50,552 nt of DNA from a virus (taxonomy: Duplodnaviria > Caudoviricetes), in IMG/VR virus record IMGVR_UViG_3300031951_000243, positions 1 to 50,552 of that record; one strand, written 5' to 3'. This document shows positions 1 through 8,247 of this stretch, piece after piece. How positions within the stretch are numbered: position 1 is the first letter of the stretch; the number at the start of each line of letters is the position of its first letter. The notes below the pieces were generated by a model. The model searched no databases and was not told the DNA's origin. It saw only the letters and a list, made by a program, of their open reading frames with translations. Both the position numbers and the translations under genes were made by a program.

Positions 1-309
1 ACATTGAGTACCGTAAATTCGTTATATGTTCCAGCACTATGAACAAAGAAAAGCAAGCGTTTATGCGGGTTTGCAGCGTGTTTGTTTTATTGAGTACCAA
101 TGTTCATTAAATAAAACAACACAGAGCTAAAAAAATTTTTTTTCCATTAAAAAAAAGGGGGGTCGGTTTTTTTAATGGCGAGCGAGCTCGTCTGTTTTGG
201 CAAGGTGTATTTTTCCAATTTACGGAACAAAAGACAAAACCACACTCAAAACCCGCATGTTTCCTAGCTTTTTTCAAGTTTAGCGTCCGGAACATGCGGT
301 ACTCAATGT
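1..309. repeat. ~310-bp nested imperfect palindrome, AT-rich and non-coding (candidate origin or terminus region)
   Basis: Inverted pairs centred near 161: 1-13/297-309 (ACATTGAGTACCG), 26-32/289-295, 63-72/249-258 (ATGCGGGTTT) and 144-155/167-178 (CCATTAAAAAAA). Several GGAACA motifs recur. Confidence 0.7.
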
Positions 310-394
310 CACAAACAGCCCGAAAACCCGCACCAGCTCTATGCCTAATTTTTAATCAGCGGAACAGCCTTTTAAATCGCGGAACAGACCCAAC

Positions 395-417
395 AAAAAG
401 CCCGCACATGGCGGGCT
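395..417 (-). terminator. Intrinsic terminator for the leftward gene 447-713
   Basis: AGCCCGC/GCGGGCT stem (399-405/411-417), followed on the - strand by a U-tract (+ strand A-tract at 395-399). Confidence 0.7.
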
Positions 418-446
418 AAATGACAAATAACAAAGCAAACAAAAAT

Positions 447-713
447 TCATTCGCCAAGGTAGACTACCTGAAGTTCCATTGTTTCTTTGTCACGCAAACA
501 TCGGTATTGCCCACGGTTTAATTCTTTTGCAACTCGATGTACCGCCTGCCTAAGTGCGCCATGTGAGAACACATGCTCTGGAACAACTAAACCTTGCCCA
601 TATTCCAGCTTCGCCATCTTCACACGCAATGAATACATACGGTGGGTGTTCCTGTGTGACCTACGTACTTGTTCCGTAGGCATCTGCCGCACTTCAAAGT
701 CAATCGGTTCCAT
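447..713 (-). CDS. Small basic protein, divergently transcribed; possible DNA-binding regulator
   Basis: ATG at 713 preceded by a GGAG RBS; has its own promoter (751-779) and terminator (395-417). Function is inferred only. Confidence 0.65.
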   Translation of the reverse strand: MEPIDFEVRQMPTEQVRRSHRNTHRMYSLRVKMAKLEYGQGLVVPEHVFSHGALRQAVHRVAKELNRGQYRCLRDKETMELQVVYLGE

Positions 714-750
714 ATCATCTCCAAAATTGCCCGGCGAATGCCGTATCCGA

Positions 751-779
751 ACTATAAACAACAAACAAAATACGCGCAA
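751..779 (-). promoter_or_regulatory. Sigma70-type promoter, leftward
   Basis: TTGCGC-N17-TATAGT on the - strand, upstream of ORF 447-713. Confidence 0.6.
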
Positions 780-796
780 CAAAAAAGAACAAACAC

Positions 797-825
797 TTGA
801 CACAGAGAAAGATTTATGGCATAAT
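797..825 (+). promoter_or_regulatory. Strong sigma70-type early promoter P1
   Basis: TTGACA-N17-CATAAT with extended -10 TG and an A-rich UP-like region. Confidence 0.85.
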
Positions 826-861
826 ACGTTTCAGTTGGTGAAGCAAGCCAACAAAACGAAG

Positions 862-886
862 CAAACCTACTGACGATCAGTAACTT
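862..886 (+). promoter_or_regulatory. Palindromic element TACTGA-CGA-TCAGTA, copy 1
   Basis: 25 bp identical to 3087-3111; the core also occurs at 1701-1715. Intergenic and directly upstream of an RBS. Confidence 0.7.
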
Positions 887-897
887 TGGAGAACAAA

Positions 898-1698
898 ATG
901 ACAATACGCAAAGCAAAAGCCAAACAACCTAGCGGCTACATCATCTATCGTGGCCCTTCTCTACTCGACGGCAAACCCATTGTCGTTGTGGCAATCACCA
1001 AAGAATCCAAAAATGCCAAGACCGGCAACATGGTGCAGACATACATCTTGGTGGATAACGGACTAAGCCCGGTGGAATCGGCGCGGTCACTGGCTGATGT
1101 ATCAATCTGCGGTGACTGCAAACATCGGCGCGGTCTGGGCGGTGCGTGTTACGTAAACCTCGGTCAGGGTGCGCGGTCGGTGATGGACGGCGTGATGCGT
1201 GGCATCTATCCAAGTGTTCGCATACGTGAAGCGGCTGATGTGGTTGCTGGTAGGAAAGTGAGACTTGGCACGTACGGTGACCCAATGGCAGTGCCTGCCT
1301 ATATCTGGTGGGGCTTGCTCGAGCATGCCGATTCGCACACTGGCTATTCGCATCAGTGGAACCCAGACACCGAGATTGTCAAATCATTAAACATTCTGCA
1401 TCCCGGTCAGTATGACGAGATTCGCGAGCTGTGCATGGCATCGGTGGATAACGAGGATGAGTACGCACACGCAGTGTACGAAGGCTGGCGCACGTTCCGG
1501 GTACGTGGGCTGGATGATGCAGATAAGGCAAGTAATGAGTTTGTGTGCCCAGCATCCGAAGAAGCTGGCAAGAAAAAACAATGCCACGAGTGCATGGCAT
1601 GCAACGGTGTGGGTGTAGACGATGCGCGTAGCAAAAAAGCAACGGTCGTGATCACGGTGCATGGCTCATTAAAAAGCCGGTTTGAAGCACGGGTTTAA
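898..1698 (+). CDS. Conserved Cys-rich phage protein (Gp88-like or radical-SAM-like, tentative)
   Basis: NxKTG, CGDC..CYV, RLGTYGDP and CPA..CxxCxxC motifs; GGAGA RBS before ATG 898. Confidence 0.6.
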   Translation: MTIRKAKAKQPSGYIIYRGPSLLDGKPIVVVAITKESKNAKTGNMVQTYILVDNGLSPVESARSLADVSICGDCKHRRGLGGACYVNLGQGARSVMDGVMRGIYPSVRIREAADVVAGRKVRLGTYGDPMAVPAYIWWGLLEHADSHTGYSHQWNPDTEIVKSLNILHPGQYDEIRELCMASVDNEDEYAHAVYEGWRTFRVRGLDDADKASNEFVCPASEEAGKKKQCHECMACNGVGVDDARSKKATVVITVHGSLKSRFEARV

Positions 1699-1700
1699 CT

Positions 1701-1719
1701 TACTGACGATCAGTAACTT
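1701..1719 (+). promoter_or_regulatory. Palindromic element, copy 2
   Basis: TACTGACGATCAGTAACTT lies between stop 1698 and the GGAGG RBS. Confidence 0.7.
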
Positions 1720-1730
1720 TGGAGGATGAT

Positions 1731-2042
1731 ATGAGAACACTCGAGGCGCAATATCAAATAGAAAACATGGAGGCAGTCATGCAAGCAGCCAATGCAGTCA
1801 TCAAACCAAAAACGAATGTAGCTAGCTACAAGACCGGGACGCTGACCGGCAAGAACAAGTTCGACATCGAGCGGGCACTGGGCTTTCCGCCCAACGTGGA
1901 CGATGACCCGGACAAAGTGCGGTATAGCTGGGCATTCACAATCAACGGCAGGGAGTGTGCCATCTGGGATTGGAAAGGCTCGGCGGATCAGGATGTGTGG
2001 TCGGTGTATGACCCGGGCTTGGTGCTGTCAATCATTATGTGA
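1731..2042 (+). CDS. Hypothetical phage protein
   Basis: GGAGG RBS before ATG 1731; DDxDKV..W..IWDWK motif. Confidence 0.7.
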   Translation: MRTLEAQYQIENMEAVMQAANAVIKPKTNVASYKTGTLTGKNKFDIERALGFPPNVDDDPDKVRYSWAFTINGRECAIWDWKGSADQDVWSVYDPGLVLSIIM

Positions 2043-2052
2043 GGGGTGTGTG

Positions 2053-2247
2053 ATGGACTACGTATTGTTGATGGCGGCGGTGAATCTGGGGCTGGCAGGC
2101 TGGGTGCTGCTGTTACAACGCAGGAACCAGAGGCTAGAGGGTGCACTCGAGGGTGCGTTCATGATGATACGTGATCTGGCTGACGGGGAAGCCACGATTA
2201 CCAAAACTGCGGAGGGGTTCGTCGTGAGGAGGGTGAAAAATGGATAA
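2053..2247 (+). CDS. Small membrane-anchored protein
   Basis: GAGGGG RBS; hydrophobic N-terminal helix. Confidence 0.6.
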   Translation: MDYVLLMAAVNLGLAGWVLLLQRRNQRLEGALEGAFMMIRDLADGEATITKTAEGFVVRRVKNG

Positions 2248-2338
2248 GGAAGAATGGGTAATTCTCGCGGCTGCGTTCTTGGGTGCTGTGCTTGGCGCAG
2301 TGTTGGCGGTGTTACTAATGTTATATCGGAGCTTCTAA
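2240..2338 (+). CDS. 32-aa hydrophobic peptide (not in ORF track)
   Basis: MDKEEWVILAAAFLGAVLGAVLAVLLMLYRSF; GGAGGG RBS; overlaps both neighbours. Confidence 0.55.
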   Translation: MDKEEWVILAAAFLGAVLGAVLAVLLMLYRSF

Positions 2339-2421
2339 TGGATACATATGACTGGGTCGGTGTGATCTGTGCGCTGGTGTTGTTCGGTGTTCTATTAATG
2401 ACGTATGAGGGGGTGATATGA
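2338..2421 (+). CDS. 27-aa hydrophobic peptide (not in ORF track)
   Basis: MDTYDWVGVICALVLFGVLLMTYEGVI; TAATG and ATGA couplings on either side; GGAG upstream. Confidence 0.55.
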   Translation: MDTYDWVGVICALVLFGVLLMTYEGVI

Positions 2422-2735
2422 ATAAGGTAATTAAAGAGGGCAAGGTCGCAGTGCTGATCAGCCCCGGCTACGGTGCAGGTTGGTACACGTGGAATGAGTC
2501 TGAAGTAGGTGAACAAGCTTTGTTCAGTCCCGAGCTGGTGACGGCGGTGCTGGCTGGCGCAAAGCCACAAGAAGTGAAACAGCTGGCTGAGTCATTATTC
2601 CCTACTGCGTACTGTAGCGGGGTGCGTGATGTTGTTGTGGAGTGGGTGCCTGTCGGCAAGAAGTTTCGCGTAACAGAGTATGACGGCAACGAATCGCTAG
2701 AAATAATAGATGAAATGGACTGGCTTGTAGCATAA
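2418..2735 (+). CDS. Conserved hypothetical phage protein
   Basis: VAVLISPGYGAGWYTWN...EYDGxES motif, a family common in phage early regions. Confidence 0.75.
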   Translation: MNKVIKEGKVAVLISPGYGAGWYTWNESEVGEQALFSPELVTAVLAGAKPQEVKQLAESLFPTAYCSGVRDVVVEWVPVGKKFRVTEYDGNESLEIIDEMDWLVA

Positions 2736-2736
2736 C

Positions 2737-2765
2737 TTGACACAGAGAAAGCTTTCCACCATAAT
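2737..2765 (+). promoter_or_regulatory. Sigma70-type early promoter P2, paralogue of P1
   Basis: TTGACA-N17-CATAAT; shares ACTTGACACAGAGAAAG with P1. Confidence 0.85.
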
Positions 2766-2796
2766 ACAACCTGTAGCACAAACCTTGGAGAAAACA

Positions 2797-3084
2797 ATGA
2801 ACACAACGACACAATTCTCATCTGATGTAGATCGACTCGGCATCCTGCTGGCGCAGATCGCTGACCTAACCAAAGAAGCTAACAGCATCAAGGCTGACCT
2901 GAAAGGGTGGGCGCAGTTCAAGACGTTCGAGGGCAATCTGTTTCGCGCGGTGGTGATCGAGCAGGAAAAGATCACGTATGACACAGACGTACTGAAGACG
3001 GCGGCTGACCCTGCCATTCTCGAGCTGGCAAAGCGTGAGTCATTTGTAGTGTCGGTGAAGGTCACCGCACGTGCAGCCGACTAA
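2797..3084 (+). CDS. Hypothetical phage protein
   Basis: CCTTGGAGAAA RBS before ATG 2797. The ORF-track start at 2737 lies inside the promoter. Confidence 0.7.
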   Translation: MNTTTQFSSDVDRLGILLAQIADLTKEANSIKADLKGWAQFKTFEGNLFRAVVIEQEKITYDTDVLKTAADPAILELAKRESFVVSVKVTARAAD

Positions 3085-3086
3085 CC

Positions 3087-3111
3087 CAAACCTACTGACG
3101 ATCAGTAACTT
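3087..3111 (+). promoter_or_regulatory. Palindromic element, copy 3
   Basis: Identical to 862-886. Confidence 0.7.
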
Positions 3112-3144
3112 ACAACCATGACGTACTAACCTTGGAGAAACATC

Positions 3145-4263
3145 ATGTCACGTATCAATCTCAACACACGTGTATCACTCAAGCAGGCCAAAGCAGCAAT
3201 CGCAGCAATCGGTGCGCAGCGCACCGTCCTCTTGCAGGGCGAGCCGGGTATCGGCAAGTCGTGGCTACTCAAGGAACTCGCGGCTGAGTTTCCCACGCAT
3301 CGCCCGGTCTACATCGATTGCCAACTGCTACTGGATCAGGGTGACTTCTTCTACCCCTTCATTGCCGACACTGACGGCGGCAAGATCGCAGAGCGTGTGA
3401 TGCTCGAGGACTTTAACTTTCATAGCGATCAACCGCTGATCATCATGTTGGATGAGATCGGCAAGGCAAACAAGGCGGTAATGAACGTGCTGCTGACGCT
3501 GATGTATGACCGGCGCATTGGCTCGGTGCCGACACCCGAGGGCAGCATGGTGTTCGCGACTACTAACCTCAGCACCGATGGTGTGGGTGACTTCGTTGCA
3601 GCGCATGCACGTAGCCGGGTGATCCGACTCGAGGTGTCCAAGCCGCATGCCGGGTTCAACCCTGATAACACTGTCGATCCAGATTCATGGGGTCACTGGG
3701 CACTGGGTAACGACATTGCCCCTGAGTTGATCGCGTGGGTCAAGAGCAAGCCCGAGTGCTTGGACAGCTATCGCAACTACACCGCAGGTGAGAAGTGGGG
3801 CAATCCGTATGCGTTCCATCCTACGCAAGGTGCTGAGTCTTATGTCTGCCCACGCTCACTGCATGCAGCGTCTGATGTGGTCAAGCAGCGTGATGTGCTG
3901 GGACATGAGCTGACGTTGTCGCTACTGGCGGGTGCCGCAGGTGAGGCGTTTGCCCGTGACTTCTCTGCATGGTTGCTGGTCAAGGATCGTGTGGCTTCGA
4001 TGGATGCGGTGGTTGCTTCGCCTGAGTCGGCGGCGGTGCCAGAGAATCACGATGCGGTTGCGCTGTGTGTGATGGTGTTTAGTCTGGTGGCTGCAACGAC
4101 AGACAAAACAATCGTGCCGTTCACCACCTACATGCAGCGTCTGCCCAAGGAATATCAGGCGATGTACTCGCGCTCTGTGATGGCGAGTGAGGCCAAGCAG
4201 AAGGTAGCAATTGCATGCGAGAAGTTCCGCAAGTGGGCAATGGACAATCACTGGATGTTTTAA
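3145..4263 (+). CDS. MoxR-like AAA+ ATPase
   Basis: Walker A GEPGIGKS, Walker B IIMLDE, sensor ATTN, and CPRS motif. Confidence 0.9.
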   Translation: MSRINLNTRVSLKQAKAAIAAIGAQRTVLLQGEPGIGKSWLLKELAAEFPTHRPVYIDCQLLLDQGDFFYPFIADTDGGKIAERVMLEDFNFHSDQPLIIMLDEIGKANKAVMNVLLTLMYDRRIGSVPTPEGSMVFATTNLSTDGVGDFVAAHARSRVIRLEVSKPHAGFNPDNTVDPDSWGHWALGNDIAPELIAWVKSKPECLDSYRNYTAGEKWGNPYAFHPTQGAESYVCPRSLHAASDVVKQRDVLGHELTLSLLAGAAGEAFARDFSAWLLVKDRVASMDAVVASPESAAVPENHDAVALCVMVFSLVAATTDKTIVPFTTYMQRLPKEYQAMYSRSVMASEAKQKVAIACEKFRKWAMDNHWMF

Positions 4264-4272
4264 GGGGGCGTT

Positions 4273-5469
4273 ATGAGTTTATCTGCTGAACAACGGTTGA
4301 CCCGCTCTGTCGTGTGGTTGATGGGCGAGCCGAAGTACGCTGCGTTCTCTGGCCTGTACATGATGGGCAAGATCGAGGTCAACGATACGGTGCGCACTGC
4401 ATGCACCAACGGACGTGATGAGTTCTACGGACGTGCATTCGTGGAGTCGCTGACTGATGAGGAGGTGCGTGGTCTCAAGCTGCATGAGACGTGGCACAAA
4501 GCAGGGCGGCACTTCATGGTGTGGAAGCATCTCGCTGATGAAGACTCCAAGCTGGCAAACATGGCGATGGACTACGTGATCAATCTGTTTATTCATGACA
4601 GTGATCCGAAGGGCGAGGATGTGCGTCTACCCAAGGGTGGGCTGCTCGATGAGCGGTTCCGCAACATGGACATCGGTGAGGTGTACAAGGTACTCAAACA
4701 GGAGAAAGACAATGGACAGGGGAACGGTAAAGGGCAAGCAGGACAGAACACGCCGGGTGACGGCGGCGAGGGCGATACCTTGGATGAACATGACTGGGAT
4801 TCTGCGAGTAGCCTCAGTGCAGATGAGCAGGACAAGCTGGCAACAGAGATCGACGAATGCCTCCGGCAAGGTGCGCAAGTAGCAGGCAAGCTGGGTGCGA
4901 AGATGCCACGTGGGCTCGATGAGATTCTGCAACCCAAAGTAGATTGGCGTGAGCAACTGCGTGACTTCGTAGGTGCATTCGCTGCGGGTGCTGACTTGCC
5001 AAGCTATCGCAAACCTAACAGGCGCATGATGGGTGGGGGGCTGGTGATGCCGTCACATATCGCTGAGACTGTCGGCAAGCTGGTGGTTGCAGTGGATGCA
5101 TCGGGGTCAATCATGGGGGCTATGCTGACTGCGCTTTTGTCAGAGGTGAACAGCATCTGTGAAGTGGTCAAGCCCGAGTCGGTCGAGCTGTTGTACTGGG
5201 ACACCGAGGTCTGCCAGCATGAGACGTACGATCAGAACAGCTACGCTGGTCTGTTGACTTCGACTAAGCCACGTGGCGGTGGTGGCACCGATCCGCAGTG
5301 TGTGGTGGACTACATGAAGCAACGTGCTATTCGCGCTGAGTGTGTTGTCGTATTGACTGATGGGTATGTAAGTAGCTGGGGTGCAGATTGGCCGTGCCCT
5401 ACATTGTGGTGCATAACAGAGAAGCGCAAGGTGTCCCCTGTTGGACGTAGCGTACATATCGAGCTGTAA
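4273..5469 (+). CDS. Metallopeptidase-like + VWA domain protein (DUF2201-type)
   Basis: TACTNG, HETWH (HExxH), MIDAS DASGS, GGGGT and LTDG motifs; adjacent to the AAA ATPase. Confidence 0.85.
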   Translation: MSLSAEQRLTRSVVWLMGEPKYAAFSGLYMMGKIEVNDTVRTACTNGRDEFYGRAFVESLTDEEVRGLKLHETWHKAGRHFMVWKHLADEDSKLANMAMDYVINLFIHDSDPKGEDVRLPKGGLLDERFRNMDIGEVYKVLKQEKDNGQGNGKGQAGQNTPGDGGEGDTLDEHDWDSASSLSADEQDKLATEIDECLRQGAQVAGKLGAKMPRGLDEILQPKVDWREQLRDFVGAFAAGADLPSYRKPNRRMMGGGLVMPSHIAETVGKLVVAVDASGSIMGAMLTALLSEVNSICEVVKPESVELLYWDTEVCQHETYDQNSYAGLLTSTKPRGGGGTDPQCVVDYMKQRAIRAECVVVLTDGYVSSWGADWPCPTLWCITEKRKVSPVGRSVHIEL

Positions 5470-5492
5470 ACAATTTACCTTGGAGAACTATC

Positions 5493-6371
5493 ATGGCTAT
5501 TCAAAACACTTCTGTATTGGTTGACCTGCACATCACTGCATGGACTGGACGCAAGCTCGACAAGAAAGTATCGGGCGAGATCGACGCAAGCAAGAACACC
5601 AAGACCCGCGCTGGTAATTACCACAAGCACCTGCTGGCTGGCACTGACAAACTCGAGACCGTTCAACGTCTGGCTGGTGCGCTACGTACGTGGCACCACG
5701 AGAACACTCTGCCTTGGTCGGATGGTGGCTCGCGTCTGCTGCCGATGAAGAACTTCTTTGACTACAAGCAGGAGCTGTCAAAGCGTCAGCGCGAGTTCGA
5801 CGCAGCGGTGCAGGACTTTCTGGATCACTATCCAGAACTGGTTTCTTCTGCTGCCTTCCAGCTTGGCGCGTTGTTCAATCGCACCGATTACCCAGAGGTC
5901 GAGGACATCAAACGCAAGTTTTACATCGGCTACGTGTTCATGCCTGTACCAACCGCTAACGATTTTCGCATCGAGACTACCGATGAGACGATCAAGGAAC
6001 TGCAAGCGCAGGCTGATGCTGTGGTCAATGAGCGTGTGGCTACTGCGATGAAAGAAATGTGGGATCGCTTGCATGACCAGCTCACGCACATGTCGGACAA
6101 GCTGACTGATCTGGCGCAGCCACGTGTGAACAAGAAGGGCGAGGAGCGTTACAACCAAGTGTTCCGCGATTCGTTGGTGACCAATGCTATCGAGTTGTGT
6201 GGGCTGCTGACTCGACTCAACGTGACCAACGATCCGAAGCTGGAGCAGGCACGTGCGCATCTCGAGAAGACCATCAGCGGTGTGACGGCTGAAACACTGC
6301 GCGACGATGATCTGAAACGTGCCGAGGTCAAGGCTGAGGTAGACGCAATCCTAAAAGCATTTGAGTTCTAA
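5493..6371 (+). CDS. DUF3150-like helical protein often found with AAA/VWA pairs
   Basis: WTGRKLD, TLPWSDxGxRLLP and LNVTNDPxL motifs; gene context. Confidence 0.6.
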   Translation: MAIQNTSVLVDLHITAWTGRKLDKKVSGEIDASKNTKTRAGNYHKHLLAGTDKLETVQRLAGALRTWHHENTLPWSDGGSRLLPMKNFFDYKQELSKRQREFDAAVQDFLDHYPELVSSAAFQLGALFNRTDYPEVEDIKRKFYIGYVFMPVPTANDFRIETTDETIKELQAQADAVVNERVATAMKEMWDRLHDQLTHMSDKLTDLAQPRVNKKGEERYNQVFRDSLVTNAIELCGLLTRLNVTNDPKLEQARAHLEKTISGVTAETLRDDDLKRAEVKAEVDAILKAFEF

Positions 6372-6381
6372 GGAGACCAAC

Positions 6382-7218
6382 ATGGAAGACACAACAAAAA
6401 TCGTAGTACCCCAAGTCGCTGAACTGGCAAAAGAGTTCATGAGTAAGATTCGTTATTCGTTCGACACCGAAGTGGCGGGGCGGTTTGTCCGCTACGAAGG
6501 TGATAGCAACGAGCGCGTCGAGTACTACACTCGCTTGAATATTATTGACCCAGCTGCGCCGGAGATGAAACCGGTAGGGGCTATCGTGTGGGTAAGTGAC
6601 AATAATAGTGACAGGTTCCGTATCGTTACTCGCCACCTGTTGAACAACCGATTCAAAGATAGGGAGCGTAAGTATTCAGTTGAGACGGCTGACCCGAAAC
6701 GTGCGCTGCGGGAGATGTTAAGACACTTCAGCCCGTACACCATGCATGAGCTGGGTGCGCATCACATGTCGCATGGCAAGAGAGCGATTGATTGCTGGCG
6801 CGATGAGTCCTCGCTGGATGTGTCTACTTCACTGCGGGTGCCCAACTCCATCATGGTGCAGGAGATGAAAAACCTGATCGCACAGGGCGTGAGGTTTGCC
6901 ACGGCGGAGTTTCAGGGTATCGCTGAACGTACAGTAGCTGCGTATGACGAGATGGCGCGTCGAGCCAAGGTCAAGGTAGTCATGCACTTGGTGAAGTTCA
7001 TGCCGGATGACAGCATCAGGACGCTGGCTTATGCAGAGAACGGAGCGGGTGTGCCAGAAGTTAATAGGTATCTATCGTTCGCGCAGATGCCGGAGCGGTT
7101 GCAGCAGGGCGTGGGTATGTTGCGTATGTTGCAAGACAATACACGTATCGACGGGTTTGGTACGCGGGTCTCAGACACTACGTTCTGGGTGTTGGAGCGG
7201 GACGATGAAAATGTTTGA
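6382..7218 (+). CDS. Hypothetical protein
   Basis: AAGGAG RBS before ATG 6382; long ORF in operon. Confidence 0.75.
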   Translation: MEDTTKIVVPQVAELAKEFMSKIRYSFDTEVAGRFVRYEGDSNERVEYYTRLNIIDPAAPEMKPVGAIVWVSDNNSDRFRIVTRHLLNNRFKDRERKYSVETADPKRALREMLRHFSPYTMHELGAHHMSHGKRAIDCWRDESSLDVSTSLRVPNSIMVQEMKNLIAQGVRFATAEFQGIAERTVAAYDEMARRAKVKVVMHLVKFMPDDSIRTLAYAENGAGVPEVNRYLSFAQMPERLQQGVGMLRMLQDNTRIDGFGTRVSDTTFWVLERDDENV

Positions 7219-7242
7219 CACTTCTGAAAAATAGTATAGACT
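7215..7242 (+). promoter_or_regulatory. Sigma70-type promoter
   Basis: TTGACA-N16-TAGACT upstream of an AAGGAGGT RBS. Confidence 0.55.
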
Positions 7243-7263
7243 TCCAGAACGAAAGGAGGTGGT

Positions 7264-7575
7264 ATGGCGATAGGCGGGTACAGTTGGACAGACCACCGAG
7301 CATCAGAAGATTGGGGACTGACTTCTGGTGTAGACCCTGACAAGATGTATGCGAAGTGGTTCACCATCCGGCTGCGGTTCGAAGGTGATGTACTGAGAGA
7401 AGTGATGTCCGCAGCACCACATGTTTACGTACCCAATGAAGTACTCGAGCAAAAGCTGGCATTATTAAAGGTCGCCCCGGTCGGTAGCAAAGTGCCGGGG
7501 CTAGGCTGGCACAGGGGGAAAGGGCTTTTCTACCTGCGCATTTATGAGAATGATCTTAGCTTTTCTGGAGCGTAA
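7264..7575 (+). CDS. Hypothetical protein
   Basis: Perfect AAGGAGGT RBS. Confidence 0.7.
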   Translation: MAIGGYSWTDHRASEDWGLTSGVDPDKMYAKWFTIRLRFEGDVLREVMSAAPHVYVPNEVLEQKLALLKVAPVGSKVPGLGWHRGKGLFYLRIYENDLSFSGA

Positions 7576-7576
7576 A

Positions 7577-7882
7577 TTGAACTGTGAATGTGGCGGTACG
7601 ACGATGGTGATTGACACACGTACGATGGATGGTGTGTTACGAAGGAAGCGTAAGTGCAATGTTTGTAGTGATGTCTTTTTTACAAAGGAGGAGTTCTTGT
7701 ACAAGGCAGCGGATAACCCAAACAGACCACAACCAAAAGCTGAGAAACCGAAGGTGGTGTTTTCTGACAGCGTGGTCAAGGCAGTTAATCGCAAGAAGGT
7801 GGAAATAAGACGCAAGGTAGAAGACCTCAAGCAAGAAAGGAGGATGCGAGTACCTAGCTACTTCATCGAGGAGGATTACTAA
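7577..7882 (+). CDS. NrdR-like N-terminal zinc-ribbon protein
   Basis: CECGGxTxVIDTR...RRKRKCxxC...FxTxE; probable TTG start after GGAG. Confidence 0.7.
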   Translation: MNCECGGTTMVIDTRTMDGVLRRKRKCNVCSDVFFTKEEFLYKAADNPNRPQPKAEKPKVVFSDSVVKAVNRKKVEIRRKVEDLKQERRMRVPSYFIEEDY

Positions 7883-8064
7883 TGTTAAAAGATGGACGCT
7901 TTATCAAGGAATTACCGCCGAAGATAGGTGTGCATTACGTACCAAAAGCAGCAAGCATCAACCCAAGCAAAGAAGAGCAGTTCGTACAAAACATTTTGCT
8001 GGGGATTAGGGAACAACGGCAGTCTTTTCTATCGAAGGTACTCGGCTTTGTACTACGCGTATGA
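7882..8064 (+). CDS. Hypothetical protein
   Basis: GAGGAGG RBS; TAATG coupling. Confidence 0.6.
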   Translation: MLKDGRFIKELPPKIGVHYVPKAASINPSKEEQFVQNILLGIREQRQSFLSKVLGFVLRV

Positions 8065-8222
8065 GGTACGAAATCTACGATGAAGATGGAGTTCTGTTCC
8101 GCAGGTTCTGGGACAAGGAGTCTGCGGAGCGGTTCATGCAGGACGGGTGGAGGTTGATAGTGCAGCCAACACCTAGAAAGAAAGTGCCAACCGTAGAAGA
8201 GTACGGCGAAGCACGGTGGTAA
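8061..8222 (+). CDS. 53-aa hypothetical protein (not in ORF track)
   Basis: ATGA coupling; MRYEIYDEDGVLFRRFW...GEARW fills the gap between genes. Confidence 0.55.
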   Translation: MRYEIYDEDGVLFRRFWDKESAERFMQDGWRLIVQPTPRKKVPTVEEYGEARW

Positions 8223-8247
8223 TACAACTTAACCTTGGAGAAACATC

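Noticed and set aside
487-873. 128-aa + strand ORF
   Set aside because: Antisense to the better-supported 447-713 gene and runs through two promoters.
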